DNA from: an uncultured Gammaproteobacteria bacterium
GTDB taxonomy: Bacteria > Pseudomonadota > Gammaproteobacteria > UBA9214
DNA length: 31,881 nucleotides
Direction of reading: 5' to 3'
Assembly (NCBI GenBank): GCA_963827755.1
Contig: CAWHCQ010000002.1
Span: forward strand, 1-31,881
Shown: piece after piece, positions 1-11,035 of the stretch
Numbering within the stretch: the first letter of the stretch is position 1
Layout: each line of letters begins with the position of its first letter
Notes under the pieces: generated by a model
Databases searched by the model: none
The model's input: the letters and a program-made list of their open reading frames with translations, nothing else
Told to the model about the DNA's origin: nothing
Program-made: the position numbers and the translations under genes

Positions 1-51
1 CGCGTCCGCCAGCGCCTGTTGGAATTTACTTGTCAGTTTGTCCATTCTCAT
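1..51 (-). CDS. clpB: ATP-dependent chaperone ClpB, 5' end (runs off the window)
   Basis: Manual translation from ATG at 51 gives MRMDKLTSKFQQALADA, a typical ClpB N-terminus. It fits the conserved rluD-pgeF-clpB order. Confidence 0.93.
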   Translation of the reverse strand, partial: MRMDKLTSKFQQALADA

Positions 52-88
52 TGGGGAATTACTCCGTAAATTCGGTGATATACCAGCT

Positions 89-118
89 TAAATGGGGGGT
101 AGATGAGTATATTTCAAT
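89..118 (-). promoter_or_regulatory. sigma-32 (RpoH) heat-shock promoter of clpB
   Basis: Minus strand reads TTGAAA (117-112), 14 nt spacer, CCCCATTTA (97-89). This matches the RpoH consensus and lies upstream of clpB. Confidence 0.85.
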
Positions 119-268
119 CCCGGCACCGGGGTAAGGCGATAATTTCCATAGCCAGACCTGCCGTGCGAGAACGCAGGGTGCATTCCATGCACCATGACAA
201 AACCCGACGACCGCACGGCCGGTTTCGAGGACATGACCCGCACAGACAGGCAGTGCACCCAACAGCTA

Positions 269-1048
269 TCAGTGCAGCGTCGAATGGGTCAAGTAGATAA
301 CCAGGATACCGGCCGCGATCAATACCACCTGTTGCAGGGTCGCCCTGACCTCGACACGCTGGTGCAGGGTCGGGATCAGGTCGGCAACGGCTATGTAGAG
401 AAAACTCGATGCGGCGATCGCCAGCACATAGGGGAGTGCCGCCTGCATTTCCTGCAGGGCATACCAGGCAAGCAGACCACCGATAACGGTCGTCAGGCTG
501 GTGAGCACGTTATAGAGAAAGGCCCGCCCCCGGCTGTAGCCACTGTGCAGGAGCACGGCAAAATCGCCCACTTCCTGCGGAATTTCGTGGGCCGCCACGG
601 CTATGCTGGTGACGATCCCGAGGTGAATATCGGTTAGAAAGGCCCCGGCGATGAGGATGCCATCGAGGAAATTATGCAGGCCATCCCCGATCAGGATCAT
701 GGCACCGGTCGAGCGATCTTTTTGCGCCTGCCCGGGCGCATGCACTTCACAGTGATCCGCATGGCAGTGACGCCACAGGACCAGTTTCTCCAGCACGAAA
801 AACCCGAGCAGCCCCATCAGCAATACCATGGGAATCACGTGCATGTCCGTATCCGCCACGGACTCCAGCGCATGGGGCAACAGGCCGAGCAATGCCGCAC
901 CGAGCAGGGCACCGGTCGCAAAACTGACCAGGTGCGGCAACAGGTGGTTGCGCAGGGATTCACTCAGGACAAGAAACAGGGCGGCCGCCAGCACACTCAG
1001 CAATCCGCCCAGCAGGCAAAACAGGATTATCCAGGATAGCAGCGGCAT
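269..1048 (-). CDS. ZIP family zinc/metal transporter
   Basis: 259 aa multi-TM protein with GDGLHNFLDG and AHEIPQEVGDF motifs and a His/Cys-rich loop (RHCHADHCEVH). Confidence 0.92.
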   Translation of the reverse strand: MPLLSWIILFCLLGGLLSVLAAALFLVLSESLRNHLLPHLVSFATGALLGAALLGLLPHALESVADTDMHVIPMVLLMGLLGFFVLEKLVLWRHCHADHCEVHAPGQAQKDRSTGAMILIGDGLHNFLDGILIAGAFLTDIHLGIVTSIAVAAHEIPQEVGDFAVLLHSGYSRGRAFLYNVLTSLTTVIGGLLAWYALQEMQAALPYVLAIAASSFLYIAVADLIPTLHQRVEVRATLQQVVLIAAGILVIYLTHSTLH

Positions 1049-1099
1049 GTGCCTGTCTCGAGTCCGGGGAAGTCGGCCATCATACCACTCGGCGAAGCA

Positions 1100-1847
1100 C
1101 TACTCGCCCTGCCCTTGCAGCCAGATCAGGCTGGCCATGCGGCCGGTAGCGCCGTCCCTGCGGAAGGAAAAAAAGGCGTCCGGCTCAAGCATGCTGCAGT
1201 GTTCGCCGCCGTAGACCGCCGTCACGCCGCACGCGGCGAGTCGCAGCCGTGCCAGTTCATAGAGATCAGCCTGCCAACCGGCCGCAGCCTGCTGAAAGGC
1301 CGCCGCCGCCCCGGGTTGCTGCGCGACGAATTCGGCCCGGACTTCATCACCCACCGTGTAGGCGGCCTGGCTGATCGCCGGCCCCATCCACGCCAGCAAC
1401 TCGTCCGCCGGCACACCCATTGCAGCCACTGTTTGCTCGATCACCCCGGCAGCCAGGCCACGCCAGCCGGCATGTACGGCGGCAACCGACCTGCCACGTC
1501 GGTCGCACAGCAGCAGCGGCAGGCAATCGGCGGTCAACACGGCACAGACCAGACCCGGCCGGTGACTCCATGAGGCATCGGCCACCGGCAGGGCCGCGCA
1601 ACCGGCTGCGTTTACCGACGCAGTGCCATGCACCTGCTGCAGCCACAGCGGCTCGCCCGGCAGTTGCAGAAGCTGCTCGCAGGCGTTGCCGGTTTTGCGC
1701 AACGGCCAGCGGGTCATCATCGACATGGTCGGCGAGATTCATGCTGGCATAAGCACCCTGGCTGACGCCACCCTGGCGGGTGGTCGTGTATGCGCGGACG
1801 TGCGGCGGCGCCGGCCAGTCCGGCACGATGCAGTGTTCAGGACTCAT
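1100..1847 (-). CDS. pgeF: Peptidoglycan editing factor PgeF/YfiH (one apparent frameshift near 1680)
   Basis: N-terminus (IVPDWPAPPHVRAYTTTRQGG...NLADHVDDDP) is in ORF 1347..1871. The rest (WLQQVHG, LTADCLPLL, HAGWRG, FFSFRRDGATGRMAS) is in ORF 1100..1726. Overlaps the rluD stop. Confidence 0.9.
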
Positions 1848-2808
1848 TGGCGGCAAATGCCCTGACGTCATCCTGCAGGGCCTTGATCAAGTGCGCCATA
1901 TCCTCCGGCACGGCTGCCTGCCAGCTGATCATTTCATCGCTTTCGGGATGCAGCAACGCCAGCTGCGTGGCATGCAGGGCCTGGCGTCTGAAGCTCTGCA
2001 AGACCTCTTTCAGCGCCTCGCCCGCGCCTTTCGGCAGGCGCAATCGCCCCCCGTAGACCGGGTCGCCCACCACCGGGGTATGCACATGCGCCATGTGTAC
2101 CCGTATCTGGTGGGTGCGCCCGGTTTCCAGGCTGACGCGTGTCAGCGTATGTGCCCGGTAGCGCTCCTCTACCCGGTAATGGGTGATCGCCTCCTTGCCG
2201 CCGCTGACGACGGCCATGCGCTTGCGGTCCACGGGATGGCGCCCGATCGGCGCCTCGATCCGTCCGCCCGCGGTCAGCACGGTATTCACCACGGCGAGGT
2301 ACTCGCGTTTCACGCTGCGCGCCTGCAGCGCATCGACCAGCTTCTTGTGGGCCTTCAGGGTCCGCGCCACCACCATCAAGCCACTGGTGCCTTTATCCAG
2401 CCGGTGCACGATGCCTGCCCGCGGCAGCCCGGCGAGCGTTGCATCAAAATGCAACAGCGCATTCAGCAGGGTACCGGCGGGGTTACCCGCAGCCGGGTGC
2501 ACCACCAGCCCGGCCGGCTTGTTGATAACCAGCAGGGCCTCGTCCTCATAGACCAGGTCGAGCGGAATAGACTCCGGTTTACTGGCTGTTTGCTCGACAA
2601 TTTCCGCATGAATACAGACACTTTCGCCCCCCTGCAGCCGCTCCCGCACGCGCGGAATCCGGTCATCCAGGGTTACCTCGCCGGCGCGTATCCATTGCTG
2701 CAACCGGCTGCGTGAATAATCCTGCAGCAGTTCGGCCAGCGCCTGGTCCAGCCGCAGGCCCCGCATCTCGACAGGTATGGTCAATTTCAAATCTACGATC
2801 TGCGGCAT
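1837..2808 (-). CDS. rluD: 23S rRNA pseudouridine(1911/1915/1917) synthase RluD
   Basis: S4 domain (RLDQALAELL..YSRSRLQQWI), NKPAGLVVHP, HRLDKGTSG, LETGRTHQIRVH. Start set at MPQIV (2808). Divergent from bamD. Confidence 0.96.
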   Translation of the reverse strand: MPQIVDLKLTIPVEMRGLRLDQALAELLQDYSRSRLQQWIRAGEVTLDDRIPRVRERLQGGESVCIHAEIVEQTASKPESIPLDLVYEDEALLVINKPAGLVVHPAAGNPAGTLLNALLHFDATLAGLPRAGIVHRLDKGTSGLMVVARTLKAHKKLVDALQARSVKREYLAVVNTVLTAGGRIEAPIGRHPVDRKRMAVVSGGKEAITHYRVEERYRAHTLTRVSLETGRTHQIRVHMAHVHTPVVGDPVYGGRLRLPKGAGEALKEVLQSFRRQALHATQLALLHPESDEMISWQAAVPEDMAHLIKALQDDVRAFAANES

Positions 2809-2887
2809 GTTGCATACAGTTTGGGTTATACTTCCGCGCTCCGCCGGAGCGGAGCATTTTTCCAGTAACCCTGAATAGCCTAAGCCC

Positions 2888-3868
2888 ATGCGTTTGTCGA
2901 GTTATTTACTATTTGCCGCACTACTGATTACCAGTGGTTGTGCCTTCCTGCCCGAGCAAACCGATGAATCCCTTGAGTGGTCAGCCAACCAGCTCTATTC
3001 AAAGGCCAAGCAGGAACTTAACCAGCAGAATTATGAAAAGGCCATCGACTATTTTGAAAAACTCGAAGCCCGCTTCCCGTTCGGACAATATGCACAACAG
3101 GCGCAGCTTGAGATCGCTTACGCCTATTACAAATACGAAGAACCCGACCTCGCCATTGCCGCGGCGGACCGGTTTATAAAGATCTACCCCCGCCACCCGA
3201 ACATCGACTACGCCTGGTATATCAAGGGACTCACCAACTACAGCCGGGGTAAGACATTTATAGATCGTTACCTGCCACAGGAACCCTCGGAACGCGACAC
3301 CTTTAGCATGCGGCAGTCCTATGATGACTTTTCGCAACTGGTGCGGAGCTATCCAAACAGCAAATATACGAAAGACGCTGCCCAGCGCATCATTTACCTG
3401 CGCAACAACATGGCGGAATATGAAGTGCATGTGGCTGACTATTACATGCGCCGCTCGGCGTTTGTTGCAGCCGCCAACCGCGGCAAACACGTCATCGAGA
3501 ACTACCAGCGGACGCCTGCTGTAGAGGGCGCACTGGTCATCATGGCACGCGCCTACCAGAGGCTGGGCCTTGATGAAACGGCGAGTAGCACGATTCGGGT
3601 CCTGCAACTGAATTACCCGGACAACCCGGAAATTCCACTGTTGAATGACCCACGCGGTTACGCGGAAGCCAGTGAGGACACTGAATTCTGGGGCGACTGG
3701 GCCTTCTGGCGGAAACCACCCGCCCGGGTTATCGATACCGCTGCCGTGGTGGAAGAACAACTACTGCCCCCTGGGACGGCTGGAAGTTCTGGAAAAAGGA
3801 CACCGCGGAAACAGCGCCTCCCGCAAACTAGTCAGCGGCCGGGCGAAAATGGCTCAACAGGCCGCTAG
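2888..3868 (+). CDS. bamD: Outer membrane protein assembly lipoprotein BamD (ComL) with C-terminal extension
   Basis: Lipobox TSGC and TPR motifs (LEARFPFGQYAQQAQLEIAYAYYK; AAANRGKHVIENYQRTP). Divergent from rluD. Confidence 0.95.
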   Translation: MRLSSYLLFAALLITSGCAFLPEQTDESLEWSANQLYSKAKQELNQQNYEKAIDYFEKLEARFPFGQYAQQAQLEIAYAYYKYEEPDLAIAAADRFIKIYPRHPNIDYAWYIKGLTNYSRGKTFIDRYLPQEPSERDTFSMRQSYDDFSQLVRSYPNSKYTKDAAQRIIYLRNNMAEYEVHVADYYMRRSAFVAAANRGKHVIENYQRTPAVEGALVIMARAYQRLGLDETASSTIRVLQLNYPDNPEIPLLNDPRGYAEASEDTEFWGDWAFWRKPPARVIDTAAVVEEQLLPPGTAGSSGKRTPRKQRLPQTSQRPGENGSTGR

Positions 3869-5499
3869 TCAATCACCGCCGTAATCGGATAGCGCCGGTC
3901 GCGTCCGAATGAACGCTGGCTGATACGCACCCCGGGCGGCGCCTGGCGGCGTTTATATTCATTCAGATCGACCATCCGCGCGACCCGCTCCACCACACTT
4001 CTGTCAAATCCGCGGGCGGCAATCTGTTCCACGCTCTCATCCAGTTCGATATAACACTCGAGAATCGGATCCAGCACAGCGTAGGGCGGCAGGCTGTCGG
4101 CATCCTTCTGGTCAGGCGCCAGTTCAGCCGACGGCGGACGTTCCAGCACCCGCTGCGGAATCACCCGTGCGATGCTGTTACGGTATTCGGCCAACCGGTA
4201 AACCAGCAACTTGGGCACATCCTTGATCGGCGCAAACCCTCCGGCCATGTCACCATAGAGGGTGGCATAACCCACCGACATCTCGCTCTTGTTACCTGTG
4301 GTCAGCAATATCTTGCGTTTCTTGTTCGAAATCGCCATGAGGATTATTCCACGACAGCGCGCCTGGATGTTCTCTTCGGTTGTATCGGCATCCATCCCGG
4401 AAAACGTCTCCTCGAGCACTTCAAGAAACGCCGCAAACGGCAGTTCGATTGAAAGCTCCTCATAACGAACGCCCAGCGCTTGCGCTTCGCTACGCGCATC
4501 CTCTTTACTCATCTCTGCCGTGTAGCGTGACGGCATCATCACTGCCTCCACCTTGTCTGCACCGATCGCATCCACCGCAAGTGCCAGGGTCAGCGCGGAA
4601 TCAATACCCCCCGAAAGCCCGATCACGGCACCTGAAAACCTGTGCTTGTTGATGTAATCGCGCACCCCGAGCACCAGCACCTGGTAGATTGCTGCAGTAT
4701 TCTCCGCAACTGCTGCGCGTTCTCCGGGTATTGGCAAAACGGTATCTCCGCCCTGAAAATCGACTGCATAGAGTCCTTCCACGCACGCCGGCGCACGTTG
4801 TGCCAGCCGGCCTTCATGGTTGACGACGAATGATGCGCCGTCGAAGACCAGCTCATCCTGGCCGCCAAGCAGGTTGACATACATGATCGGCAAACCGCTT
4901 TCACGGGCACGTTCGGCAACCCGTTGTTCACGCTGCTGCTGTTTACCTGCATGGAACGGCGAGGCATTAAGATTGATCAACAACCCGGCACCCGCCTCTG
5001 CGGCCTGCTGTGCCGGGCCCGCTTGCCAGATGTCTTCGCAAATAGTGATACCGACCGGGATGTTTCTGATATTCACCACGCAGGCTGCCTTGCCAGGCTT
5101 GAAATAGCGTTTCTCGTCAAACACGCTGTAATTGGGTAACTGCTGTTTCCTGTAGAGTCCCGTGATGGCACCGTCCTGTATGACAGCGGCGCTGTTATAT
5201 AAATCACCCCTCTCCTCCATGGGGTACCCGACGATCGCGGTAATACCGCTGATCTCCCGGCAGAGACGCTCCACGGCCGCCTCGACGTGTTCGATAAAAT
5301 GCGCCCGCAACAGCAGGTCCTCGGGCGGGTATCCGGTCAAGGCCAGCTCCGGAAACACGATCGCATCGGCCGCCAGCTGATCTCGCGCCTCGATACAGGC
5401 TGCAATCACGCGGTCGGTATTGGAGCGGATATCACCGACCATGAAGTCCAGTTGCGCCATGACAATGCGCAGGTCAGGTGTAGTGTGAGGTGTGTTCAT
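3865..5499 (-). CDS. nadE: Glutamine-dependent NAD+ synthetase
   Basis: Nitrilase domain (FPELALTGYPPEDL, ICEDIW) plus synthetase domain (LSGGIDSA, ENIQAR, TTGNKSE, EYKRRQAPPG). Start chosen at MNTPH. Confidence 0.95.
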   Translation of the reverse strand: MNTPHTTPDLRIVMAQLDFMVGDIRSNTDRVIAACIEARDQLAADAIVFPELALTGYPPEDLLLRAHFIEHVEAAVERLCREISGITAIVGYPMEERGDLYNSAAVIQDGAITGLYRKQQLPNYSVFDEKRYFKPGKAACVVNIRNIPVGITICEDIWQAGPAQQAAEAGAGLLINLNASPFHAGKQQQREQRVAERARESGLPIMYVNLLGGQDELVFDGASFVVNHEGRLAQRAPACVEGLYAVDFQGGDTVLPIPGERAAVAENTAAIYQVLVLGVRDYINKHRFSGAVIGLSGGIDSALTLALAVDAIGADKVEAVMMPSRYTAEMSKEDARSEAQALGVRYEELSIELPFAAFLEVLEETFSGMDADTTEENIQARCRGIILMAISNKKRKILLTTGNKSEMSVGYATLYGDMAGGFAPIKDVPKLLVYRLAEYRNSIARVIPQRVLERPPSAELAPDQKDADSLPPYAVLDPILECYIELDESVEQIAARGFDRSVVERVARMVDLNEYKRRQAPPGVRISQRSFGRDRRYPITAVID

Positions 5500-5554
5500 C
5501 GGTACAACAGGAAAGTGAATGATATATTCGTTGCGAGGTCCAGCCGACCAGGGC

Positions 5555-6427
5555 TCAGGCCGACAGCGCGGCCTGCATGCCCTTGCCGATATCTGCCGGC
5601 GAACGCACCACGGTGACACCCGCTGCTTCCAGTGCAGTTACCTTGGCCTCTGCCGTTCCCTTGCCACCACTGATAATCGCGCCGGCATGCCCCATGCGCT
5701 TGCCGGCCGGGGCTGTTATACCGGCGATATAGGCGACCACCGGTTTATTCACCTGCTGGCGAATATATTCAGCGGCCTGCTCTTCGTCGTTGCCACCGAT
5801 CTCGCCGATCATGACGATCCCGCGAGTGTCCGCATCGGCCTCGAACAGGGCAAGACAATCGATAAAGCCCAACCCGTGTATCGGGTCGCCGCCGATGCCG
5901 ATGCAGGTACTTTGCCCCAGTCCGCTGCGACTGGTCTGAAACACGGCCTCGTAGGTCAGTGTCCCGGATCGCGATACGATACCGATACTCCCCGGCGTAT
6001 GTATCACACCCGGCATGATGCCGATCTTGCAGGCCCCCGGCGTGATGATGCCGGGGCAATTCGGTCCGATCAGGGAAACATCAGTATCGCGCAACACGGC
6101 CTTGACGCGCAGCATATCCAGCACCGGGATGCCCTCGGTAATGCAGACGACCAGGCGGATACCGGCAGCCGCGGCCTCGAGAATGGCATCGGCTGCAAAT
6201 GCCGCCGGCACATAAATCATGCTCGCGTCTGCCCCGGTATCAGCCACGGCATCGTGCACTGTATTGAAGACCGGCAAATCGAGATGCGTCTGACCACCCT
6301 TGCCCGGTGTCACGCCTCCCACCAGGCGGGTGCCGTAATCAAGCACCTGTTGCGAGTGAAAACTCCCCTGCGCCCCGGTAAAGCCCTGGCAGATAACCCG
6401 GGTGTTTTTATCGATCAGTACGCTCAT
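5555..6427 (-). CDS. sucD: Succinate--CoA ligase alpha subunit
   Basis: [34 protein letters not shown] and the MGHAGA phosphohistidine motif. Confidence 0.97.
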   Translation of the reverse strand: MSVLIDKNTRVICQGFTGAQGSFHSQQVLDYGTRLVGGVTPGKGGQTHLDLPVFNTVHDAVADTGADASMIYVPAAFAADAILEAAAAGIRLVVCITEGIPVLDMLRVKAVLRDTDVSLIGPNCPGIITPGACKIGIMPGVIHTPGSIGIVSRSGTLTYEAVFQTSRSGLGQSTCIGIGGDPIHGLGFIDCLALFEADADTRGIVMIGEIGGNDEEQAAEYIRQQVNKPVVAYIAGITAPAGKRMGHAGAIISGGKGTAEAKVTALEAAGVTVVRSPADIGKGMQAALSA

Positions 6428-6449
6428 GAATCTGCCTGCCCGGCCCTTT

Positions 6450-7619
6450 TCAACGACCGCGCCTCGCAAGCGCCACGACCTTGTCCGCCGCTTCGGTCAG
6501 GTCACTCGCGGTTTCCACCGCAAGACTGGATTGCCCGATCAGCGCCAGACCCTGTGCTGCATTGGTACCCTCGAGCCGAACAACAACAGGCACGCTGACA
6601 TCAACCCCGGTAATTGCCTGCAGGATGCCCTCTGCAATCAGGTCACAGCGCACAATGCCGCCAAAAATATTCACCAGCACCGCCTCGACCTGCGTGTCCG
6701 AGAGAATCAGCTTGAAGGCCTCTGCAACCTTGTCAGCAGTAGCACCACCGCCAACGTCGAGGAAATTGGCCGGGGCCCCGCCATGCAGCTTGATCAGGTC
6801 CATGGTTGCCATTGCCAGGCCGGCACCATTCACCATGCAGGCAATATTGCCCTGCAGGTGAATGTAATTCAGGCCATGCTGATGGGCGACATGCTCACGC
6901 TCGTCCTCCTGGCTGGCATCGCGCAGCACGGACAGCTCGGGGTGGCGAAACAGTGCGTTGTCGTCCAGGTCAAGCTTGGCATCCAGCGCGATCAACTCGC
7001 CATCGGCGGTCACTACCAGCGGGTTAATCTCCAGCAGGCTTGCATCACACTCCTGCATCATGCGGTAAGCCGCCAGCAGCATCTTTGTAAATGCATTGAC
7101 CTGCCTGCCTTCCAGTCCCAGCGCAAAACCCAGGTTGCGGCACTGGTATCCCTGCAGACCAACTGCCGGGTTCACCGTCTCGGTCAGAATGGCGGCGGGA
7201 TCCTTCTCCGCCACTTCTTCAATATTCATTCCGCCGGATGCCGACACCATCACCGCGACCCGTTCACGGTCCCGATCGACCAGCATGCCGAAATATATTT
7301 CACGCGCAATTGCGACGGTTTGCTCGACCAGCACCGTATTCACCGGCAAGCCCGCGGCATCGGTCTGCTTCGTCACCAGCCGGGTGCCGAGCATATCGTC
7401 AACGACCTGGCCAAGTTCCCCGGCGTCCTCGACGTGCCTGACGCCGCCGCCCTTGCCGCGGCCGCCGGCGTGTACCTGTGCCTTGACGATCCAGGCCGCC
7501 CCGCCCAGAGAACCTGCGACCCCGGCAGCAGCGCCGGCTGAATCAATCACGGCACCGTCGGGAACCGGTATCCCGTACGACTGGAAAAGACGCTTTGCCT
7601 GGTATTCATGGAGGTGCAT
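6450..7619 (-). CDS. sucC: Succinate--CoA ligase beta subunit
   Basis: [56 protein letters not shown]. Confidence 0.97.
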   Translation of the reverse strand: MHLHEYQAKRLFQSYGIPVPDGAVIDSAGAAAGVAGSLGGAAWIVKAQVHAGGRGKGGGVRHVEDAGELGQVVDDMLGTRLVTKQTDAAGLPVNTVLVEQTVAIAREIYFGMLVDRDRERVAVMVSASGGMNIEEVAEKDPAAILTETVNPAVGLQGYQCRNLGFALGLEGRQVNAFTKMLLAAYRMMQECDASLLEINPLVVTADGELIALDAKLDLDDNALFRHPELSVLRDASQEDEREHVAHQHGLNYIHLQGNIACMVNGAGLAMATMDLIKLHGGAPANFLDVGGGATADKVAEAFKLILSDTQVEAVLVNIFGGIVRCDLIAEGILQAITGVDVSVPVVVRLEGTNAAQGLALIGQSSLAVETASDLTEAADKVVALARRGR

Positions 7620-7744
7620 GCCTTGAGTGTGTCAAACTTGGCAACCTCTAGGCAAGTGATTCGTGCAGGCATTCCCTGAAGCGGACCTGTCGGAGTATCA
7701 TCCGCATACAGCAGTGAATCGACTGGAAACCGGGATAAATACCG

Positions 7745-7969
7745 ATGCGCTTCATCATCATCCTCATTGCCCTGGCAGTGATCGTTATGGTTCTCAAGCG
7801 GCTCTGGCAGACACCGGGGCAGAAAAAAAAAGGCCGGATAGATTTTAACAGGATGGTGCAATGCGCCCACTGCGGAATATATACGCCGGAAGCGGATGCG
7901 ACCCTGCACGGTGGCAGGTACTATTGCTCACAGTCACATGCTGATGCAGACAACGGGAAACAGCACTAA
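7745..7969 (+). CDS. PP0621-family small membrane/zinc-finger protein
   Basis: N-terminal TM followed by MVQCAHCG...P...YYCS..H. Sits directly upstream of pilS, as in Pseudomonas. Confidence 0.85.
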   Translation: MRFIIILIALAVIVMVLKRLWQTPGQKKKGRIDFNRMVQCAHCGIYTPEADATLHGGRYYCSQSHADADNGKQH

Positions 7970-7999
7970 CTCACCTATGTCCGGAACACGTACAACGCA

Positions 8000-9658
8000 T
8001 TGAAGCAGATACTTTCCGCCATCAGCCATGAGGACGACAGGTTCCTCGACCTGGAGGGTCTCGATGCCCATACATGGCAGCCACTGCGCCTGCTGACCTT
8101 TTACCGTGTAATCCTCGCCGGCCTGCTGCTGGTACTTTTTTTTGCCATCGGGGATATCTCAACGCTGGGCCAGCAGAACCCGGCCGTGTTTACCGTTACC
8201 TGTACGCTCTACCTGGGTTTCAGCCTGGTAGCAGGGTTCAGCGCCCGTCTGCGCCGCCCGGGATACGTGCTGCAAACCGTTGCCCAGGTCCTGGTCGATA
8301 TCGTGGTGATAACACTGCTGATACATGCCAGTGGCGGCCAATCCAGTGGACTGGGCATCCTGCTGATCATTTCGGTTGCGACCGGCAGCATCCTGTTGCC
8401 CGGCCGCATGGCCTTTCTGTTTGCCTCCGTGGCTGCCCTGGCCGTCATCGGTGAGGAGTTTTACAGCAGCCTGGTTGCCCAGGCCGCAAGGGAATCCGGC
8501 TACACCCAGGTGGGGCTGCTGGGCCTGGCGCTGTTCGCGTCCGCCGGTCTGACGCATCTGCTGACCCGGCGTATCTATGAATCCGAGGCCCTGGCAAAAC
8601 GCCACGCCATCAGTATTGCCAACCTGGCAAAGCTGAATACCCATATCGTGCAGCGACTGCAAGCCGGCATTATCGTCACCGACCATGAACATCGTATCCG
8701 GCTGATCAATGAGACAGCACGCAAATTGCTGCACGCCCCTGAGGCCTCGGATGGACAGCCCCTGAATACCGTGTCGCCCGCGCTGTTTCACCGGCTGCGT
8801 GACTGGCGCAAGACACCGGACCGGGAACCGACGCTGATCGACACCGTCCCGGCCGGTCCGAAAGTCCTCGCACAGTTCACCCTGCTCGGCACCGCGGAAG
8901 GTATTGGTTCACTGATATTCCTCGAGGATATGGCCGCCATGGAAAAACAGGCCCAGCAAAACAAGCTGGCCTCACTCGGGCGCCTGACCGCGAGTATTGC
9001 CCACGAAATCCGCAACCCGCTCGGCGCCATCAGCCACGCAAGCCAGTTGCTGAATGAATCCGAAGCGCTCGGCGCAGAAGACCGGCGCCTGATTACCATC
9101 ATCAATGACCATACCCGGCGGGTGAACACCGTAGTGAAGAATGTTTTGCAATTATCCCGCTCGGACACGAACGTGCCCCGGCGCATCGAGCTGAAGACGT
9201 GGCTGAAAAATTTTATCGATGAATTCGTCCTCAGCGGCAACTGCGATGCCCGGCAGATAAGTTTCTCGGTCAAACCTGATGACATTGCCGTTTATATGGA
9301 CCCGAGCCTGCTGCACCAGGTCATGTGGAACCTGTGCAAGAATGCTGTCCAGCACAGCTCGCAGGAACCGCAGGCCGCCACTATCAGGCTCATTGCAAAA
9401 CGCTCAGACACAACACGGACAACAACGCTTGATATCATTGATAACGGCCCCGCGATCAGTACTGATATGCAAGATACAATCTTTGAACCGTTTTTCACCA
9501 CCAGGAGCAGCGGAACCGGGCTGGGACTGTTTATTGCGCGTGAAATCTGCGAAAGTAGCCAGGCACAGCTTGATTACCTGGACCAGGCTGATGATGGAAG
9601 CTGTTTTCGTATCACCTTTCCCGATACAGAGGGATTACCTGTTTCAGCGTTTGCCTGA
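8000..9658 (+). CDS. pilS: Type IV pilus sensor histidine kinase PilS
   Basis: Six-TM N-terminus, PAS-like region, H-box (LGRLTASIAHEIRNPLGAISHA), FEPFFTT and GTGLGL boxes. Followed by pilR and pilins. Confidence 0.93.
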   Translation: MKQILSAISHEDDRFLDLEGLDAHTWQPLRLLTFYRVILAGLLLVLFFAIGDISTLGQQNPAVFTVTCTLYLGFSLVAGFSARLRRPGYVLQTVAQVLVDIVVITLLIHASGGQSSGLGILLIISVATGSILLPGRMAFLFASVAALAVIGEEFYSSLVAQAARESGYTQVGLLGLALFASAGLTHLLTRRIYESEALAKRHAISIANLAKLNTHIVQRLQAGIIVTDHEHRIRLINETARKLLHAPEASDGQPLNTVSPALFHRLRDWRKTPDREPTLIDTVPAGPKVLAQFTLLGTAEGIGSLIFLEDMAAMEKQAQQNKLASLGRLTASIAHEIRNPLGAISHASQLLNESEALGAEDRRLITIINDHTRRVNTVVKNVLQLSRSDTNVPRRIELKTWLKNFIDEFVLSGNCDARQISFSVKPDDIAVYMDPSLLHQVMWNLCKNAVQHSSQEPQAATIRLIAKRSDTTRTTTLDIIDNGPAISTDMQDTIFEPFFTTRSSGTGLGLFIAREICESSQAQLDYLDQADDGSCFRITFPDTEGLPVSAFA

Positions 9659-9679
9659 CAAGCGCCTACCAGTCTGTCT

Positions 9680-11035
9680 ATGAGCAACCCGACCGCACTG
9701 ATCGTTGATGACGAACCTGATATCCGGGAACTGCTGGAGCTGACGCTCGGACGCATGCAAATCGATACCCGCAGCGCCGCCGACCTGAAGCAGGCGCATG
9801 AACTGCTGGCAAGTGAACATTTCGACATTTGCCTGACGGATATGCGGCTTCCGGACGGTAATGGCATCGACCTGGTCAGGCATATCAACCAGCTGGAACT
9901 GAACCTGCCAACGGCGGTGATCACCGCCTATGGCAGTGTCGATACCGCGATCGAGGCACTCAAGGCCGGTGCCTTTGATTTTATCTCCAAGCCGGTCGAT
10001 CTGAATGCCCTGCGCAAGCTGATTACCAGCGTACTCAAACTCTCGGAACCGTACCCGAAGCGCGAGCGGCGTACCCGCAACACCCTGCTGGGCGATTCCG
10101 CGGGTCTGCGACAAATCCGTTCCACCATCGATAAACTCGCCCGCAGCCAGGCACCCGTATATATCAGTGGCGAATCGGGAACCGGCAAGGAACTGGTAGC
10201 CAAATTGATACATGCCAGGGGCCCGCGCGCTGACAGTCCTTTTGTACCTGTCAACTGCGGCGCCATTCCCTCGGAGCTGATGGAGAGTGAATTCTTTGGC
10301 CACAAAAAAGGCAGCTTCACGGGTGCGATCCAGGAAAAGGCCGGGCTGTTCCAGGTCGCCGAAGGCGGCACCCTGTTTCTTGACGAGGTGGCGGAGCTGC
10401 CACTGCATATGCAGGTCAAGTTACTGCGCGCCATCCAGGAAAAGGCCATACGCCCGGTCGGCGCAGAGCAGGAAATCCCCACGGACGTACGCATCCTCTC
10501 GGCGACCCACAAGGACCTCGCGCAACTGGTGGCGGATGGGCAGTTCCGCCAGGACCTGTTTTATCGCCTCAATGTCATCCAGATGGAAGTCCCGCCCCTG
10601 CGCAAGCGCAGTGAAGATGTCCCGCTGCTGGTCGAACATTTCCTGAAGATTCTCGCCCGCCAGAATCAGCAGGACGGGCTGGAAATCGAGGCCGGGGCCC
10701 TGCACGCCCTGGGCCGGTACAGCTTCCCGGGCAACGTCCGCGAACTGGAAAATATTCTCGAGCGCGCCACCACCCTCTGTGAAAACAACCGCATCACCAC
10801 GGCGGACCTGCAATTGCCCGGCAATGCCGCGGCAGTCGCTGACCTGCCAGCGGAGACGCCGGCTGAAATGGAACCCGGCGCTGTACCGCTGGACACCTAC
10901 ATGGACAATATCGAGAAAGATGCCCTGATCAAGGCACTTGAGCAAACCCGCTACAACAAGACGGCCGCCGCGAAGCTGCTCGGCATTACCTTCCGCGCGC
11001 TGCGCTACCGCCTGAAGAAACTGGGCCTCGAATAG
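9680..11035 (+). CDS. pilR: Sigma-54-dependent response regulator PilR
   Basis: Receiver domain (LIVDDEPDIRELL), Walker A GESGTGKE, GSFTGA loop, and C-terminal HTH ending TFRALRYRLKKLG. Confidence 0.95.
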   Translation: MSNPTALIVDDEPDIRELLELTLGRMQIDTRSAADLKQAHELLASEHFDICLTDMRLPDGNGIDLVRHINQLELNLPTAVITAYGSVDTAIEALKAGAFDFISKPVDLNALRKLITSVLKLSEPYPKRERRTRNTLLGDSAGLRQIRSTIDKLARSQAPVYISGESGTGKELVAKLIHARGPRADSPFVPVNCGAIPSELMESEFFGHKKGSFTGAIQEKAGLFQVAEGGTLFLDEVAELPLHMQVKLLRAIQEKAIRPVGAEQEIPTDVRILSATHKDLAQLVADGQFRQDLFYRLNVIQMEVPPLRKRSEDVPLLVEHFLKILARQNQQDGLEIEAGALHALGRYSFPGNVRELENILERATTLCENNRITTADLQLPGNAAAVADLPAETPAEMEPGAVPLDTYMDNIEKDALIKALEQTRYNKTAAAKLLGITFRALRYRLKKLGLE

